Assembly (NCBI GenBank): GCA_039588275.1 | Contig: JBDHAC010000020.1 | Coordinates: forward strand, 1-56,554 | Direction of reading: 5' to 3' | Source: Gemmatimonadota bacterium | Lineage (GTDB): Bacteria; Gemmatimonadota; Gemmatimonadetes; Palauibacterales; Palauibacteraceae | DNA length: 56,554 bases | In this document: positions 1-10,884 of the stretch, one piece after another | How positions within the stretch are numbered: the stretch's first letter is position 1 | Layout: each line of letters opens with the position of its first letter | Program-made: the position numbers and the translations under genes | The notes under the pieces: model-generated | What the model was told of the DNA's origin: nothing | The model's input: only the letters and a program-made list of their open reading frames with translations | Database searches by the model: none

Positions 1-1
1 C

Positions 2-118
2 GTGAACATGGAAGTGGATCTGATCACGCCGATCGCGATGGAGGAGAACCTCCGCTTCGCGATCCGCGAGGGGGGCCGCACCGTCGGCGCCGGCGTGGTC
101 ACCGCCATCCGCGAATAG
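2..118 (+). CDS. tuf: Elongation factor Tu, C-terminal fragment (5' truncated by window)
   Basis: Manual translation [40 protein letters not shown]-Tu C-terminal motif [13 protein letters not shown]; directly upstream of rpsJ. Confidence 0.97.
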   Translation: MNMEVDLITPIAMEENLRFAIREGGRTVGAGVVTAIRE

Positions 119-127
119 GGAAGCAGC

Positions 128-436
128 ATGGCCCAGAAGATCCGAATCCGGCTCAAGGCGTTCGATCCCGCCGTCATCGACCAGACGGCCGCGGACATCG
201 TGCGAACCGCGCAGAAGACGGGCGCGTCGGTCAGCGGGCCGATTCCCCTTCCCACTCGGCGACAGCTGTTCACGGTCCTGCGCAGCCCGCACATCGACAA
301 GAAGTCGCGGGAGCAGTTCGAGCTCAAGACGCACAAGCGGCTCATCGACATCCATGACTCGCGTCCACAGACGATCGACGCCCTCACCAAGCTCGACCTG
401 GCAGCGGGCGTCGATGTTGAAATCAAAGTCGAGTAG
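128..436 (+). CDS. rpsJ: 30S ribosomal protein S10
   Basis: [30 protein letters not shown] motifs. Confidence 0.99.
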   Translation: MAQKIRIRLKAFDPAVIDQTAADIVRTAQKTGASVSGPIPLPTRRQLFTVLRSPHIDKKSREQFELKTHKRLIDIHDSRPQTIDALTKLDLAAGVDVEIKVE

Positions 437-441
437 CTGAG

Positions 442-1062
442 ATGTCCGGGATGATCGGCCGAAAGATCGGCATGACGCAGATCTTCGACGAAGACGGAGT
501 GGCGGTCGGCGTGACCGTCCTCGAGGTCGGACCGTGCCGCGTGGTCCAAATCAAGACCGCCGACAATGACGGGTACGACGCTGTTCAGCTCGGGTTCGGA
601 CACCGAAAGCCCAAGCGCGTGAAGAAGCCGCAGGCGGGCCATGCGGCGCGCGCGGGGCTGGACTACGTGCCCGAAGTGCTTGCCGAGTTCGACTACGCCG
701 GTCAGGAGCTGGAGCCGGGGCAGGAGCTCACCGTCGAGATATTCGAGGTCGGGTCGCGAGTGAAGATCTCGGGAGCGACCAAGGGCCGTGGATTCCAGGG
801 CGTCATCAAGCGTCACGGATTCGGCGGTGGCCGCGGGTCGCACGGGGGGAGCTCGGCCCTGCGTGCTCCGGGCTCCATCGGCGCAGGCACGGATCCATCT
901 CGCGTCATCAAGGGCGTGAAGATGGGTGGCCGCATGGGGGGAACGACCCGGACGGCCATGAACCGGCGCATCGAGCGCATTGAAGCGGACAAGAACCTGC
1001 TGATGGTGCGAGGATCTGTCCCCGGGGCGAGGAACAACATCGTCCTCATAAGGATGACCTGA
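442..1062 (+). CDS. rplC: 50S ribosomal protein L3
   Basis: [31 protein letters not shown] motifs; operon position. Confidence 0.99.
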   Translation: MSGMIGRKIGMTQIFDEDGVAVGVTVLEVGPCRVVQIKTADNDGYDAVQLGFGHRKPKRVKKPQAGHAARAGLDYVPEVLAEFDYAGQELEPGQELTVEIFEVGSRVKISGATKGRGFQGVIKRHGFGGGRGSHGGSSALRAPGSIGAGTDPSRVIKGVKMGGRMGGTTRTAMNRRIERIEADKNLLMVRGSVPGARNNIVLIRMT

Positions 1063-1697
1063 TGGAAGTCACGGCTTATTCGAGGCAGGGGGAAGCCCAG
1101 AAGGCACGCGCCGCGCTTCCCGAAGCCACCTTCGACGGCACAGTGAACGAGCATGCGCTTCACCAGGTGGTGACGGCGATACTCGCGCACCGGCGTCAGG
1201 GGACCGCGTCGACCAAGACGCGCGGGGCGGTACGCGGCGGTGGCCGAAAGCCCTGGCGCCAGAAGGGAACCGGTCGGGCGCGAGTCGGCACCATTCGATC
1301 GCCGCTCTGGCGTGGAGGCTCGGTCGTCTTTGGACCACACCCCCGCAAGTACGACGTGCGGGTGCCACGCAAGGTGAAGCGGCTCGCCATCCGATCGGCG
1401 CTCAACGCGCGTGCGGCGGAGGGGAGCGTCGCCGTCGTGGAGCCGCTCGACTTGGAGGAGCCCCGGACCAAGGAGATCTCGGCGCTCATCAAGGGAATCG
1501 GCGCTGAAGGGCGCAACGTACTCCTGCTGACGGATGGGACCAAGCCACATGTGTATCTCTCGGGACGGAATCTCCCGGGCGTGATGGTACGCCCGTGGGG
1601 AGAGGCCTCGGCCTATGACGTCCTCTGGTCCGACCTGGTGTTGATCGAGTCGTCGGCGCTGACGGATGACGCCGCACCGGAAGGGGACCAGGCATGA
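1062..1697 (+). CDS. rplD: 50S ribosomal protein L4
   Basis: [22 protein letters not shown] motifs. Confidence 0.99.
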   Translation: MEVTAYSRQGEAQKARAALPEATFDGTVNEHALHQVVTAILAHRRQGTASTKTRGAVRGGGRKPWRQKGTGRARVGTIRSPLWRGGSVVFGPHPRKYDVRVPRKVKRLAIRSALNARAAEGSVAVVEPLDLEEPRTKEISALIKGIGAEGRNVLLLTDGTKPHVYLSGRNLPGVMVRPWGEASAYDVLWSDLVLIESSALTDDAAPEGDQA

Positions 1698-2041
1698 GTC
1701 GCCCCGCTCGAGAAGTCATCCTCCGCCCGGTGTTCACCGAGAAGGCATCCTGGCTGATGGACGAGGGGACGGACTCGAAAGGCTACCGCCTCGACAAGGT
1801 GCGCGAACGGGTCGAGGCTCGACGCAAGTACACCTTCGAAGTCGCGCCGAACGCGACCAAGATAGAGATCCGCAGGGCCGTGGAGTCGATGTTCGACGTG
1901 ACCGTAAAGTCCGTTCGGACGGTGAACATGGCCGGGAAAAAGCGTCGGCTCGGTCGGTCGCTCGGCCGTCGCCCCCACTGGAAGAAAGCGATCGTCGAGG
2001 TCTCCGAGGCCGACATGATCGACGTGTTCGAGGGAATCTGA
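1694..2041 (+). CDS. rplW: 50S ribosomal protein L23, with an internal ~20-aa insertion
   Basis: PVFTEKA...KYTFEV..ATKIEI..AVE..F.V.V..VRT, WKKAIV; ATGA overlap with rplD. Confidence 0.97.
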   Translation: MSRPAREVILRPVFTEKASWLMDEGTDSKGYRLDKVRERVEARRKYTFEVAPNATKIEIRRAVESMFDVTVKSVRTVNMAGKKRRLGRSLGRRPHWKKAIVEVSEADMIDVFEGI

Positions 2042-2044
2042 CGC

Positions 2045-2884
2045 ATGCCGATCCGCAAGTTCAAGCCGGTCACGTCCGCGTCGCGCTTTCGATCCGTTTC
2101 CACCTTCGACGAGATCACGCGGGCAGAGCCCGAAAAGTCGCTGACCGAGGGGCTCTCACGGTCGTCCGGACGCAATCACCACGGCCGTGTGACGAGTCGT
2201 CGTCGCGGGGGTGGCCACAAGCGTCGGTATCGAAAGATCGACTTCCGACGCAACAAAGACGGCATCCCGGGCCGCGTCGCGGAGATCGAGTACGACCCGA
2301 ACCGGTCTGCTCGAATCGCGCTCATCCATTACTCGGATGGAGAAAAGCGCTATATCCTCCACCCGCGCGGTCTCAAGGTCGGGGATCGAATCGTCTCGGG
2401 GCCTGGTGCCGAGCCCAGGCTCGGGAACTGCCTCGCGCTGCGCGAAGTGCCGCTCGGCACGGTCGTGCACGCGGTCGAGCTCATCCCGGGCAAGGGTGCC
2501 CAGATGGCCCGATCCGCGGGCACCGCAGTACAGGTCGTGGCGAAGGAGAGCGGAATGGTGACGCTGCGCCTACCAAGCACCGAGATGCGTATGGTGCGCG
2601 AGGATTGTCGAGCGACCATCGGGCAAGTGGGCAACGTCGATCACGAGCTGGTTCGACTGGGAAAGGCCGGGCGATCACGCTGGTTGGGCCGTCGACCCAA
2701 GGTGCGCGGCGTAGCGATGAACCCGATCGACCACCCGCTGGGCGGTGGCGAGGGGCGGAGCTCGGGTGGTCGGCCGCCAGTGTCGCCCTGGGGGAAACCG
2801 GAAGGCAAGAAGACGCGCAAGCGTCGTAAGGCGAGCGACAAGTACGTCGTCCGCGGGCGGCGGCGTGGCAAGAGCACCCGATAG
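2045..2884 (+). CDS. rplB: 50S ribosomal protein L2
   Basis: [31 protein letters not shown]. Confidence 0.99.
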   Translation: MPIRKFKPVTSASRFRSVSTFDEITRAEPEKSLTEGLSRSSGRNHHGRVTSRRRGGGHKRRYRKIDFRRNKDGIPGRVAEIEYDPNRSARIALIHYSDGEKRYILHPRGLKVGDRIVSGPGAEPRLGNCLALREVPLGTVVHAVELIPGKGAQMARSAGTAVQVVAKESGMVTLRLPSTEMRMVREDCRATIGQVGNVDHELVRLGKAGRSRWLGRRPKVRGVAMNPIDHPLGGGEGRSSGGRPPVSPWGKPEGKKTRKRRKASDKYVVRGRRRGKSTR

Positions 2885-2892
2885 GAGAGCCG

Positions 2893-3180
2893 ATGCCGAG
2901 GAGCGTCAAGAAAGGTCCCTACATCGACGAGAAGCTGCTCCGCAAGGTGCAGCTGATGAACGAGGGGGGCGACAAGCGCGTGATCAAGACATGGGCGCGG
3001 TCTTCGACCATCAGCCCGGACTTCGTCGGACACACGTTGGCGGTGCACAACGGGAACAAGTTCATCCCGGTATACATCACCGAGAACATGGTCGGACACA
3101 AGCTGGGCGAGTTCGCCCCAACGCGGCTGTTCCGCGGCCATGGAGGACGGATGGCCAGGGACAGGCGAGGGGGATTATAG
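2893..3180 (+). CDS. rpsS: 30S ribosomal protein S19
   Basis: [29 protein letters not shown]. Confidence 0.99.
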   Translation: MPRSVKKGPYIDEKLLRKVQLMNEGGDKRVIKTWARSSTISPDFVGHTLAVHNGNKFIPVYITENMVGHKLGEFAPTRLFRGHGGRMARDRRGGL

Positions 3181-3182
3181 GC

Positions 3183-3533
3183 ATGCACGCTTCGGCGACC
3201 GCGAAGGGAATTCGTATCTCGCCGCAAAAGATGCGGCTCGTGATCGACCAGATCCGCGGCATCAACGTGAACGATGCGTACGCGATTCTCCAGTTCTCCA
3301 AGAAGGCGGCGGCGAGCCCGATCGACAAGGTGCTTCGTTCGGCCGTGGCCAACGCGGTGTCGAAGGCCGATGACGCGGGAGAGGCACTGGACGTCGACGA
3401 GCTCTTCGTGCGCGAAGCCTACGTCGACGAGGGCCGGACTCTCCGGCGATGGCGAGCGCGCGCCTACGGCCGTGCAACGCCCGTTCTGAAGCGTAGCAGT
3501 CACGTCACCGTCGTCGTCGATACGGAGGATTGA
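3183..3533 (+). CDS. rplV: 50S ribosomal protein L22
   Basis: 3' part of ORF 2745..3533 from ATG 3183: [37 protein letters not shown]. Confidence 0.97.
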   Translation: MHASATAKGIRISPQKMRLVIDQIRGINVNDAYAILQFSKKAAASPIDKVLRSAVANAVSKADDAGEALDVDELFVREAYVDEGRTLRRWRARAYGRATPVLKRSSHVTVVVDTED

Positions 3534-3535
3534 GC

Positions 3536-4216
3536 GTGGGTCAAAAAACGCACCCCTACGGATTCCGACTCGGGCTGGTGAAGCCGTGGAGATCGCGATG
3601 GTACGCGCAAGGGCTCGACTTCCCGAAGCTGCTGGGTGAGGACGAGAAGCTGCGCAAATACCTGCACGCGCGGCTCGCACACGCGGCGATCGCCGACGTC
3701 GAGATCGAACGGAAGCCCTCCAAGATCGTGGTCACGATCCACACGGGCCGCCCCGGCGTCGTGATCGGGAAGCGTGGGGCCGAGGTCGACAAACTGCGTG
3801 ACGAGCTGGCGCTTCTGACCGATGCCGAGGTGTCGGTCAACGTCGAAGAGATCAAACGGCCGGAGACCGATGCGCAGCTGGTGGCGGATAACGTGGCCCA
3901 CCAGCTGATGCAACGGATCAGCTTCCGCCGTGCAATGAAGCGAGCCGTGCAGTCCGCCATGCGAGCGGGTGCGGGTGGCATCCGGATCCAGTGCGGCGGA
4001 CGGCTCGCAGGGACCGAGATCGCGCGAACCGAGGGGTACCACGAGGGTCGAGTGCCGCTGCACACGCTTCGCGCCGACATCGACTATGCGGAGACGACCG
4101 CAAAGACCACGTTCGGGACGATCGGGGTCAAGGTCTGGATCTTCAACGGCGAGGTCGTCGAGGATCGCCGTGGACAGACGTACACGGCGGGAGGCCGCCG
4201 GTCTCGCGCCGGCTGA
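3536..4216 (+). CDS. rpsC: 30S ribosomal protein S3
   Basis: GTG start giving [37 protein letters not shown]. Confidence 0.98.
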   Translation: MGQKTHPYGFRLGLVKPWRSRWYAQGLDFPKLLGEDEKLRKYLHARLAHAAIADVEIERKPSKIVVTIHTGRPGVVIGKRGAEVDKLRDELALLTDAEVSVNVEEIKRPETDAQLVADNVAHQLMQRISFRRAMKRAVQSAMRAGAGGIRIQCGGRLAGTEIARTEGYHEGRVPLHTLRADIDYAETTAKTTFGTIGVKVWIFNGEVVEDRRGQTYTAGGRRSRAG

Positions 4217-4237
4217 TGCCGTAGGAGATAGAGAAAG

Positions 4238-4648
4238 ATGCTACAGCCGAAGCGGATCAAGTACCGAAAGCAGCAGAAGGGGCGGTTGCGCGGGAAGGCC
4301 AACCGTGGAAATCGGGTCTCCTTCGGCGATTACGCGCTCCAGGCGGTGGAGCCAGGCTGGATCACGAATCGACAGATCGAGGCGGCCCGAGTCGCGATGA
4401 CGCGGCACATCAAGCGTGGAGGTAAGGTCTGGATCCGGATCTTCCCGGATAAGCCACTCACGCAGAAGCCGGCGGAAACGCGAATGGGGAAGGGGAAGGG
4501 AAACCCGGAGACCTGGGTGGCCCCGGTCAAGCCGGGCCGCGTGATGTTCGAGCTCGAGGGCGTTTCGGTCGAGCTCGCGCGTGAGGCGATGCGACTCGCG
4601 TCGGCCAAACTCCCGGTGAAGACACGCTTCCTGGTACGGGAGGAATAG
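4238..4648 (+). CDS. rplP: 50S ribosomal protein L16
   Basis: [32 protein letters not shown]. Confidence 0.99.
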   Translation: MLQPKRIKYRKQQKGRLRGKANRGNRVSFGDYALQAVEPGWITNRQIEAARVAMTRHIKRGGKVWIRIFPDKPLTQKPAETRMGKGKGNPETWVAPVKPGRVMFELEGVSVELAREAMRLASAKLPVKTRFLVREE

Positions 4649-4873
4649 GTGCCCGATTTCGACAATGTGGCGATCCGCGAGATGACGGACGACGAGATCG
4701 ACGAAGAGATCGATCGCGCCCAGGAAGAGCTATACCGGTTGAAGTTCCGGGCTGCATACGAAGACCTGGAGAATCCCGCGTTGCTACGAATGCTGCGTCG
4801 CCAGGTTGCACGCCTCATCACGATCAGACACGAGCGTCGGCTCGTGGCAGAGGAGGAGACCAGGGATGGTTGA
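4649..4873 (+). CDS. rpmC: 50S ribosomal protein L29
   Basis: IREMT..EI, EEL..LKF, LENP...RRQVARL.T; between rplP and rpsQ. Confidence 0.95.
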   Translation: MPDFDNVAIREMTDDEIDEEIDRAQEELYRLKFRAAYEDLENPALLRMLRRQVARLITIRHERRLVAEEETRDG

Positions 4874-5147
4874 GGGTGCCGGAACGGTCGAAAGGGCTCG
4901 TCGCCGACGCAAGGTTCGACAGGGCACAGTCGTGAGCAATGCGATGGACAAGACCGTCGTCGTGTCAGTAGCTCGAACGCTTTCGCACCCGCTGTACGGG
5001 AAGCAGGTCAGCCGCCGTAAGCGGTACTACGCGCACGACGAGGCGAACGAATATCAGATCGGCGACGTCGTCCGAATCGAGGAGACACGCCCGTTGTCCA
5101 AGTTGAAGCGGTGGCGGGTCCTGGAGCTCGTCGATCGGCCGGAGTAG
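4866..5147 (+). CDS. rpsQ: 30S ribosomal protein S17
   Basis: ATG 4866; [31 protein letters not shown]. Confidence 0.97.
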   Translation: MVEGAGTVERARRRRKVRQGTVVSNAMDKTVVVSVARTLSHPLYGKQVSRRKRYYAHDEANEYQIGDVVRIEETRPLSKLKRWRVLELVDRPE

Positions 5148-5159
5148 CGGAGAGGCAGG

Positions 5160-5528
5160 ATGATCCAGCAGGAGTCGATGGTCCGCATAGCGGACAACTC
5201 GGGTGCCCGCCGGGCGCTCTGCATCCGCGTGCTGGGTGGTTCCCGGCGCCGGTACGCCGGGCTCGGCGACGTGATTGTCGTCACCGTCAAAGACGCGATC
5301 CCCGGTGGCACGGTGAAAAAGGGCGAAGTAGCGAGGGCCGTTGTGGTCCGCACCGCGAAGGAAAGTCGGCGCGCGGACGGAAGCTACATCCGGTTCGACG
5401 AGAACGCGGCCGTATTGATCAATGACGCTGGAGAACCCAGGGCGACTCGCATTTTTGGCCCCGTGGCGCGCGAGCTTCGCGAGAAACGGTTCATGAAGAT
5501 CGTATCCCTGGCGCCAGAGGTCATTTGA
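5160..5528 (+). CDS. rplN: 50S ribosomal protein L14
   Basis: [39 protein letters not shown]. Confidence 0.99.
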   Translation: MIQQESMVRIADNSGARRALCIRVLGGSRRRYAGLGDVIVVTVKDAIPGGTVKKGEVARAVVVRTAKESRRADGSYIRFDENAAVLINDAGEPRATRIFGPVARELREKRFMKIVSLAPEVI

Positions 5529-5530
5529 GG

Positions 5531-5635
5531 GCCGCCACCCCGGAGACGCGGCCGGTGCCGCCGACTCGGCGAGCTGCAGACGCTTCGCGCCCGAGCGCTC
5601 GCCTCGCGACGACACCGGCTCGCGTAGAGGGCGGC
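5531..5635. repeat. Nested inverted-repeat (multi-stem hairpin) element in the rplN-rplX spacer
   Basis: gccgcc 5531-36/ggcggc 5630-35; acgcg 5546-50/cgcgt 5621-25; gccggtg 5551-57/caccggc 5613-19; ggcgagc 5568-74/gctcgcc 5597-5603. Confidence 0.6.
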
Positions 5636-5658
5636 GGGCTCAAACGAGTGAGCTAAAG

Positions 5659-6003
5659 ATGACGCAACGGAAGCTGCATATTCGGACGGGAGACAGGGTG
5701 ACCGTCGTCGCGGGCAACTACAAGGGCGCGACCGGTCAGGTGCTTCGCACGATACCGTCAAAAGGCCAGATCGTGGTGGACGGCATCAACATGCGGACCC
5801 ACCATCGCCGTGCGAGCGTCAGCAAGCGCGGTGATGTGAGCGAGGGTGGGATCCTCACGTTCGAGGCCCCCATCTCCGTGTCGAACGTGATGCTCACTTG
5901 CCCGCACTGCGACGAGCCGACGCGCGTCGCTCGTAGGCGAGATGCGGACGGCACGGTCGAGCGGATCTGCAAGCGCTGCGACAACCCGATCGAAGCGTCG
6001 TAG
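5659..6003 (+). CDS. rplX: 50S ribosomal protein L24, with C-terminal CxxC...CxxC
   Basis: KOW motif [31 protein letters not shown]...CKRC. Confidence 0.97.
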   Translation: MTQRKLHIRTGDRVTVVAGNYKGATGQVLRTIPSKGQIVVDGINMRTHHRRASVSKRGDVSEGGILTFEAPISVSNVMLTCPHCDEPTRVARRRDADGTVERICKRCDNPIEAS

Positions 6004-6017
6004 GGATCGAGCAAGGA

Positions 6018-6596
6018 GTGAGTGATCGGGCCATGGAGAAGCCCAGGCTGAGAGCACACTACGAGGAGCACGTTCGCGGCAAGCTCGCGGAGATCTTCGG
6101 GTTCGGGAACCCGAACCAGATCCCCCGGCTCGAGAAGATCGTGCTCAACGCAGGGCTCGGGGATGGGAAAGACAATCCGAAGTTGTTGGAGTCGGTCGCC
6201 AACGAGCTCGCCGCCGTGTCGGGACAGCAGCCCGTCACGACACGGGCGCGCCGCTCGATCGCCAACTTCAACCTTCGCGAAGGGATGCCCATCGGCGTGA
6301 TGGTCACGCTGCGGGACACCCGCATGTACGAGTTCATGGACCGCTTCATCAGCACGGCCGTGCCGCGGATCAGAGACTTCCGGGGCTTCAACAGCAGGGC
6401 GTTCGACGGGCGGGGGAACTACACGGTCGGGATCCGGGAGCAGATGGTTTTCCCCGAGGTGGACTACGACGAGATCGTTCGTATCCACGGGCTGAACGTC
6501 ACGTTCGTGACGACCACGGACAAGGATGACGAGGCGCTCGTGCTGCTCCGGGAGATGGGTATGCCGTTTCGTGGCGAAACGCCGGTCATCGTCTAG
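6018..6596 (+). CDS. rplE: 50S ribosomal protein L5 (start may be ATG 6033)
   Basis: [31 protein letters not shown]. Confidence 0.98.
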   Translation: MSDRAMEKPRLRAHYEEHVRGKLAEIFGFGNPNQIPRLEKIVLNAGLGDGKDNPKLLESVANELAAVSGQQPVTTRARRSIANFNLREGMPIGVMVTLRDTRMYEFMDRFISTAVPRIRDFRGFNSRAFDGRGNYTVGIREQMVFPEVDYDEIVRIHGLNVTFVTTTDKDDEALVLLREMGMPFRGETPVIV

Positions 6597-6648
6597 AGGG
6601 ACCCGCTGGAGCTTTTCAGCGGCGTGCTAACAAGAACCAGGTGGGGAG

Positions 6649-6834
6649 ATGCCGAGAAAGGCACTGATCGAGAAGGCCGGTCGTAAACCGAAGTACAGCA
6701 GTCGTCTGATTCGTCGCTGCCAGCGGTGCGGACGTCCGAGGGCATACATGCGAAAGTTCGGGCTCTGCCGCATCTGCTTCCGGGAGAAGGCGCTGCGTGG
6801 CGAGATTCCGGGCATTCGGAAAGCGAGTTGGTGA
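6649..6834 (+). CDS. rpsZ: 30S ribosomal protein S14, short zinc-binding type Z
   Basis: 61 aa; [24 protein letters not shown]. Confidence 0.97.
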   Translation: MPRKALIEKAGRKPKYSSRLIRRCQRCGRPRAYMRKFGLCRICFREKALRGEIPGIRKASW

Positions 6835-6835
6835 G

Positions 6836-7234
6836 ATGAGCATGAATGACCCGATCGCCGACATGCTCACCCGCATCCGGAATGCGGGGGGCGCAGGACA
6901 CCGCCGCGTGGACATGCCGCTGTCGAAGATCAAGATCGAGATCGCGCGTATCCTCGCCGAGAACCATTTCGTTCACGGGTACAAGGTCCTCGACGACGGC
7001 GGACACGGCCGGCTCCGCGTATACCTCAAGTACACGAAGGACGAACGCCCGGTCATTCGATCGGTGCGTCGGGTGTCACGCCCGGGGCTTCGACGATACG
7101 TGGATGCGAGCTCGATCCCGAAGGTACGAGCCGGGATGGGCATCGCGATCCTCTCGACGTCCCGGGGCGTGATGACGGACCGGGAAGCCCGGGCCCAGCG
7201 AGTCGGTGGCGAAGTGCTCGCCACGGTCTACTGA
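6836..7234 (+). CDS. rpsH: 30S ribosomal protein S8
   Basis: ATG 6836: [36 protein letters not shown]. Confidence 0.98.
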   Translation: MSMNDPIADMLTRIRNAGGAGHRRVDMPLSKIKIEIARILAENHFVHGYKVLDDGGHGRLRVYLKYTKDERPVIRSVRRVSRPGLRRYVDASSIPKVRAGMGIAILSTSRGVMTDREARAQRVGGEVLATVY

Positions 7235-7255
7235 TTCGACGGAGCGGAGGCGCAA

Positions 7256-7798
7256 GTGTCCAGGATCGGTAAGCAGCCCATCCCCGTGCCCGACGGCGTG
7301 GAGGTCGCGATAGATGGCAGCGACGTTCGCGTGAAGGGACCCAAGGGTGAGCTGGAGTCCAGCTTCGCTCCGCACATGGAGATCGGTCTGGAAGACGGCG
7401 AGGTCATCGTGCGACGGCCCACCGATGAGCCCAAGGATCGAGCCCTTCACGGTCTCACGCGATCGCTGCTCGCCAACATGGTGACCGGGGTTTCGCAAGG
7501 CTACGAGAAGGTGCTCGAGATCCACGGGGTCGGATATCGGGCCGAGCAGAAGGGCAAAGCGCTCGTTCTCACCGTCGGCTACAGCCACCAGGTGACCATA
7601 CAGCCGCCGGACGGGATCGAGCTCAGTCTGGATTCGCCCACGGTGATCCGGGTGAACGGGATCGACAAGCAGCAGGTCGGGCAGATTGCGGCCGAGATCC
7701 GCCAGGTTCGGCCTCCCGAGCCGTACAAGGGCAAGGGGATCCGGTATCGCGGCGAGTACGTCCGCCGGAAGGCCGGCAAAGCGACCGTTGGCACCTGA
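7256..7798 (+). CDS. rplF: 50S ribosomal protein L6
   Basis: MSRIGKQPI, VKGPKGEL, RPPEPYKGKGIRY. Confidence 0.99.
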   Translation: MSRIGKQPIPVPDGVEVAIDGSDVRVKGPKGELESSFAPHMEIGLEDGEVIVRRPTDEPKDRALHGLTRSLLANMVTGVSQGYEKVLEIHGVGYRAEQKGKALVLTVGYSHQVTIQPPDGIELSLDSPTVIRVNGIDKQQVGQIAAEIRQVRPPEPYKGKGIRYRGEYVRRKAGKATVGT

Positions 7799-7810
7799 TT
7801 TAGCGAGGCG

Positions 7811-8197
7811 ATGATGAAGAGCAGGGCGCGACAGCGCCGCAGCTTGCGGGCTCGTAGACATGCCCGCGTCCTGAAAAAAGTCCGGGGTACGGCGGAGCGT
7901 CCGCGCCTCGTGGTGTTCCGGAGCTTGCGGCATTTGGAAGGCCAGCTGGTGGACGACGACCGGGGGGCGACCCTGCTCGGCGTCTCCACGCGGGCCGCGG
8001 GTATACATGAAAGCGCGGCGTCGCTGGAAGAGGTGACCGGGAAGGTCGCGATCAGCTTCGTCGCCGGAAAGCTGTTGGCCGAACGTGCCATCGAAGCGGG
8101 GGTCAACGAGGTGATCTTCGACCGGGCAGGATACCCGTACCACGGTCGGGTCAAGGCATTCGCCGACGGCGCCCGCGTGGGCGGCCTGCGGTTCTAA
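7811..8197 (+). CDS. rplR: 50S ribosomal protein L18
   Basis: [27 protein letters not shown]. Confidence 0.98.
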   Translation: MMKSRARQRRSLRARRHARVLKKVRGTAERPRLVVFRSLRHLEGQLVDDDRGATLLGVSTRAAGIHESAASLEEVTGKVAISFVAGKLLAERAIEAGVNEVIFDRAGYPYHGRVKAFADGARVGGLRF

Positions 8198-8207
8198 CGA
8201 GGCGGAC

Positions 8208-8726
8208 ATGGCGAGAGGCAGACGGCGAGACGAAGGCGACAATTTTCGCGAGAACGTCATCTACATCAATCGCGTCTCGAAGGTCGTGAAGGGCGGACGG
8301 CGGTTCGCGTTCACGGCGCTCGTGGCCGTAGGTGATGGGCAGGGGCGCGTGGGTACGGCCCTCGGCAAGGCCAACGAAGTGGCCGAGGCGATTCGGAAAG
8401 GGTTCGAGCAAGCGCGCAGGGTGATGGTGGAGGTGCCTGTCGTGAACGGCACGATCCCGCACGAGCTGATCGGGAAGCACGGCGCCGGCCGCGTGCTGCT
8501 CAAGCCGGCTGCACCCGGCACGGGAGTCATCGCCGGCGGTCCCGTACGAGCGGTGCTCGAGTGTGTTGGGGTGCAGGACATCCTCACCAAGAGCCTCGGA
8601 ACGAACAACCCGATCAACATGGTCAGGGCGACGATGAACGGTCTGCAATCGCTCGTCACGCCGGAGCAGGTGGCGGCCGAGCGGGGCATCGACCTCGAGA
8701 CGGTTCGGGAGGCGATGCGTGGCTAA
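8208..8726 (+). CDS. rpsE: 30S ribosomal protein S5
   Basis: [26 protein letters not shown]. Confidence 0.99.
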   Translation: MARGRRRDEGDNFRENVIYINRVSKVVKGGRRFAFTALVAVGDGQGRVGTALGKANEVAEAIRKGFEQARRVMVEVPVVNGTIPHELIGKHGAGRVLLKPAAPGTGVIAGGPVRAVLECVGVQDILTKSLGTNNPINMVRATMNGLQSLVTPEQVAAERGIDLETVREAMRG

Positions 8727-8913
8727 GGAGCTCCGAATCAGACAGATCAAGAGCGGCGTTGGCTCCCGTAGAGCACAGCGAGACACCCTCCGCGCGCTCG
8801 GGCTTCGCCATCACCAGGACCAGGTCGTCCAGCCCGACAACCCGGCGATTCGCGGCATGATCCGCGCCGTCGAGCATCTCGTCGAAGTGGAGGAGGTTGC
8901 GGGCAATGGCTGA
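8719..8913 (+). CDS. rpmD: 50S ribosomal protein L30
   Basis: [27 protein letters not shown]. Confidence 0.96.
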   Translation: MAKELRIRQIKSGVGSRRAQRDTLRALGLRHHQDQVVQPDNPAIRGMIRAVEHLVEVEEVAGNG

Positions 8914-9364
8914 CTGCGAGCGAATCGGATTGGACTCGCTGAGCCCGGCGTCGGGGTCGCGCTCGTCGAGGGTGCGTGTGGGCCGGGGGCGTGGGTCAGG
9001 GCGCGGAAAGACGTCCGGACGAGGTCACAAGGGACAGAAGTCCAGAAGTGGCGCCGCAATCCCCGCGTGGTTCGAGGGCGGGCAGATGCCGCTCTACCGG
9101 CGGACGCCAAAGCGGGGCTTCAAGCCGCCGCACCAGACCGAATGGAGCATCGTGAACCTGGGTGACCTCGGGCGGATCGAGGGTTCGGATGTCGATCCGC
9201 AGATCCTCCGTGAGCATGGCCTCATCCGCTCGACGCGGCACCCCGTCAAGATCCTCGCTCGCGGCGATGTGGACCGGGCGTTCACCATTCGGGCGCACGC
9301 GTTCAGCGCCACTGCCCGCGAGAAGATCGAGGCGGCGGGTGGCAGCGCCCTCGTGATCGAGTAG
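8906..9364 (+). CDS. rplO: 50S ribosomal protein L15
   Basis: ATG 8906; RVGRGRGSGRGKTSGRGHKGQ, FEGGQMPLYRRTPKRGF. Confidence 0.98.
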   Translation: MADCERIGLDSLSPASGSRSSRVRVGRGRGSGRGKTSGRGHKGQKSRSGAAIPAWFEGGQMPLYRRTPKRGFKPPHQTEWSIVNLGDLGRIEGSDVDPQILREHGLIRSTRHPVKILARGDVDRAFTIRAHAFSATAREKIEAAGGSALVIE

Positions 9365-9378
9365 GACAGGAAGGCACG

Positions 9379-10740
9379 ATGGCGGACGCCCAGCAGAGCG
9401 CGGCGCGGTCGATCCCGAACCTGTTCAAGGTTCCGGAGCTCAAGGAGAAGATTCTCTTCACCTTGCTCTGCCTCGCGATCTATCGTTTGGGTTCGCACAT
9501 CACGTCGCCTGGCGTCGATGTGGTCGCTCTACAGCAGCTGGCGGGCCAATTCCAGGGAACGCTGTTCGGTATCTACGACCTGTTCGTGGGTGGCGGACTT
9601 CAACGGGCGACGGTCTTCGCGCTCGGGATCATGCCGTACATCTCGGCGAGCATCCTCTTCCAGCTTCTGGCGGCGGTCTTCCCGACGATCGAGAAGCTGC
9701 AGAAGGAGGGCGAGGAGGGACGCCGCAAGCTGACGCAGTGGACGCGCTATACCACCGTGTTCCTGTGCATCATGCAGGGCTACGGCTACGCGATCTTCCT
9801 CGAATCCCAAGCGGGGGCCGTCCTGAGTCCGGGCTGGGGCTTCCGTCTCGTAACCGTGCTGATGCTGACGACCGGCGGCGTCTTCGTGATGTGGCTGGGC
9901 GAGCAGATCACGGAGCGTGGCGTCGGCAACGGCATGTCCCTGCTCATCTTCTTCTCGATTCTGCAGGGCTTCCCCGGCGCTGTGATCAATACCTGGGAAC
10001 TCTTCAGGGCCGGCGGAATCAGCCTGTTTAAGCTGATCGCGCTCGGAGTCACGCTGGTTGCCGTGATGGCCGGAGTGGTGGCGCTGACGATGGCGGCGCG
10101 GAAGATCCCCGTGCAGATCCCCAGAAAGGTCGTGGGGCGGGGGAGAATTCGCGAAGGACAGCGCTCCTTCATCCCCCTGCGCGTCAACTCCGCCGGCGTG
10201 ATGCCCATCATCTTCGCACAGTCGATCATCATCATCCCCGGCACTCTGGCTGCCTTCACCGGTAACCCCGGGCCGGGGCAGGGAGGGGTGAGCGGAGTCC
10301 TCTACGATCTGAGCCAGATCTTCCAGGTCGGTTCGATCTGGTACTACGCGACGTACGTCGTTCTGATCATCTATTTCACGTACTTCTACACCTCGATCAT
10401 CTTCAACCCCATAGACCTGGCGGACAACCTGAAACGCCAGGGAGGATTCATCCCCGGTGTAAAGCCGGGCTCGGCCACGGCGGACTACATCGACCACGTT
10501 CTGACTCGGATTACGCTCCCCGGGTCGGTTTTCCTGGCGCTGATCGCGGTTCTCCCGTTCCTGATCTTCGAGCTGTTCGACATCCAGACCTTCTTCTTCG
10601 GCGGAACCTCCCTGCTGATCGTGGTCGGCGTCGCTCTCGACACGGTGCAGCAGATGCAACAGCACCTCCTCCTTCGGCACTACGAGGGGTTCATGAAGAA
10701 GGGGAGGGTCAAGTACCGCGGCCGCCAGCGCTACATGTGA
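9379..10740 (+). CDS. secY: Preprotein translocase subunit SecY
   Basis: FALGIMPYISASI, WLGEQITERGVGNGMSLLIF, GGFIPGVKPG, FGGTSLLIVVGV; multiple TM segments. Confidence 0.99.
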   Translation: MADAQQSAARSIPNLFKVPELKEKILFTLLCLAIYRLGSHITSPGVDVVALQQLAGQFQGTLFGIYDLFVGGGLQRATVFALGIMPYISASILFQLLAAVFPTIEKLQKEGEEGRRKLTQWTRYTTVFLCIMQGYGYAIFLESQAGAVLSPGWGFRLVTVLMLTTGGVFVMWLGEQITERGVGNGMSLLIFFSILQGFPGAVINTWELFRAGGISLFKLIALGVTLVAVMAGVVALTMAARKIPVQIPRKVVGRGRIREGQRSFIPLRVNSAGVMPIIFAQSIIIIPGTLAAFTGNPGPGQGGVSGVLYDLSQIFQVGSIWYYATYVVLIIYFTYFYTSIIFNPIDLADNLKRQGGFIPGVKPGSATADYIDHVLTRITLPGSVFLALIAVLPFLIFELFDIQTFFFGGTSLLIVVGVALDTVQQMQQHLLLRHYEGFMKKGRVKYRGRQRYM

Positions 10741-10752
10741 TGGGCTTCGATA

Positions 10753-10838
10753 AACGCCGTAGCTCGGCGTTCGGCTTCGTCGCCGCTCCCTGCGGCGTAC
10801 CCGATGTACGCCTCGTTCGGCACTCCCTGCTGGCCTTG
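10753..10838. repeat. Palindromic element (two hairpins) in the secY-adk spacer
   Basis: aacgccg-tagct-cggcgtt (10753-71) and ggcgtac-ccgat-gtacgcc (10794-10812); layout resembles the interior of the 48.9-kb MITE. Confidence 0.5.
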
Positions 10839-10884
10839 ACCTGCGCTGTGTCTCCGTGCGCGCGGGCGATCGCATGGTGACGTT

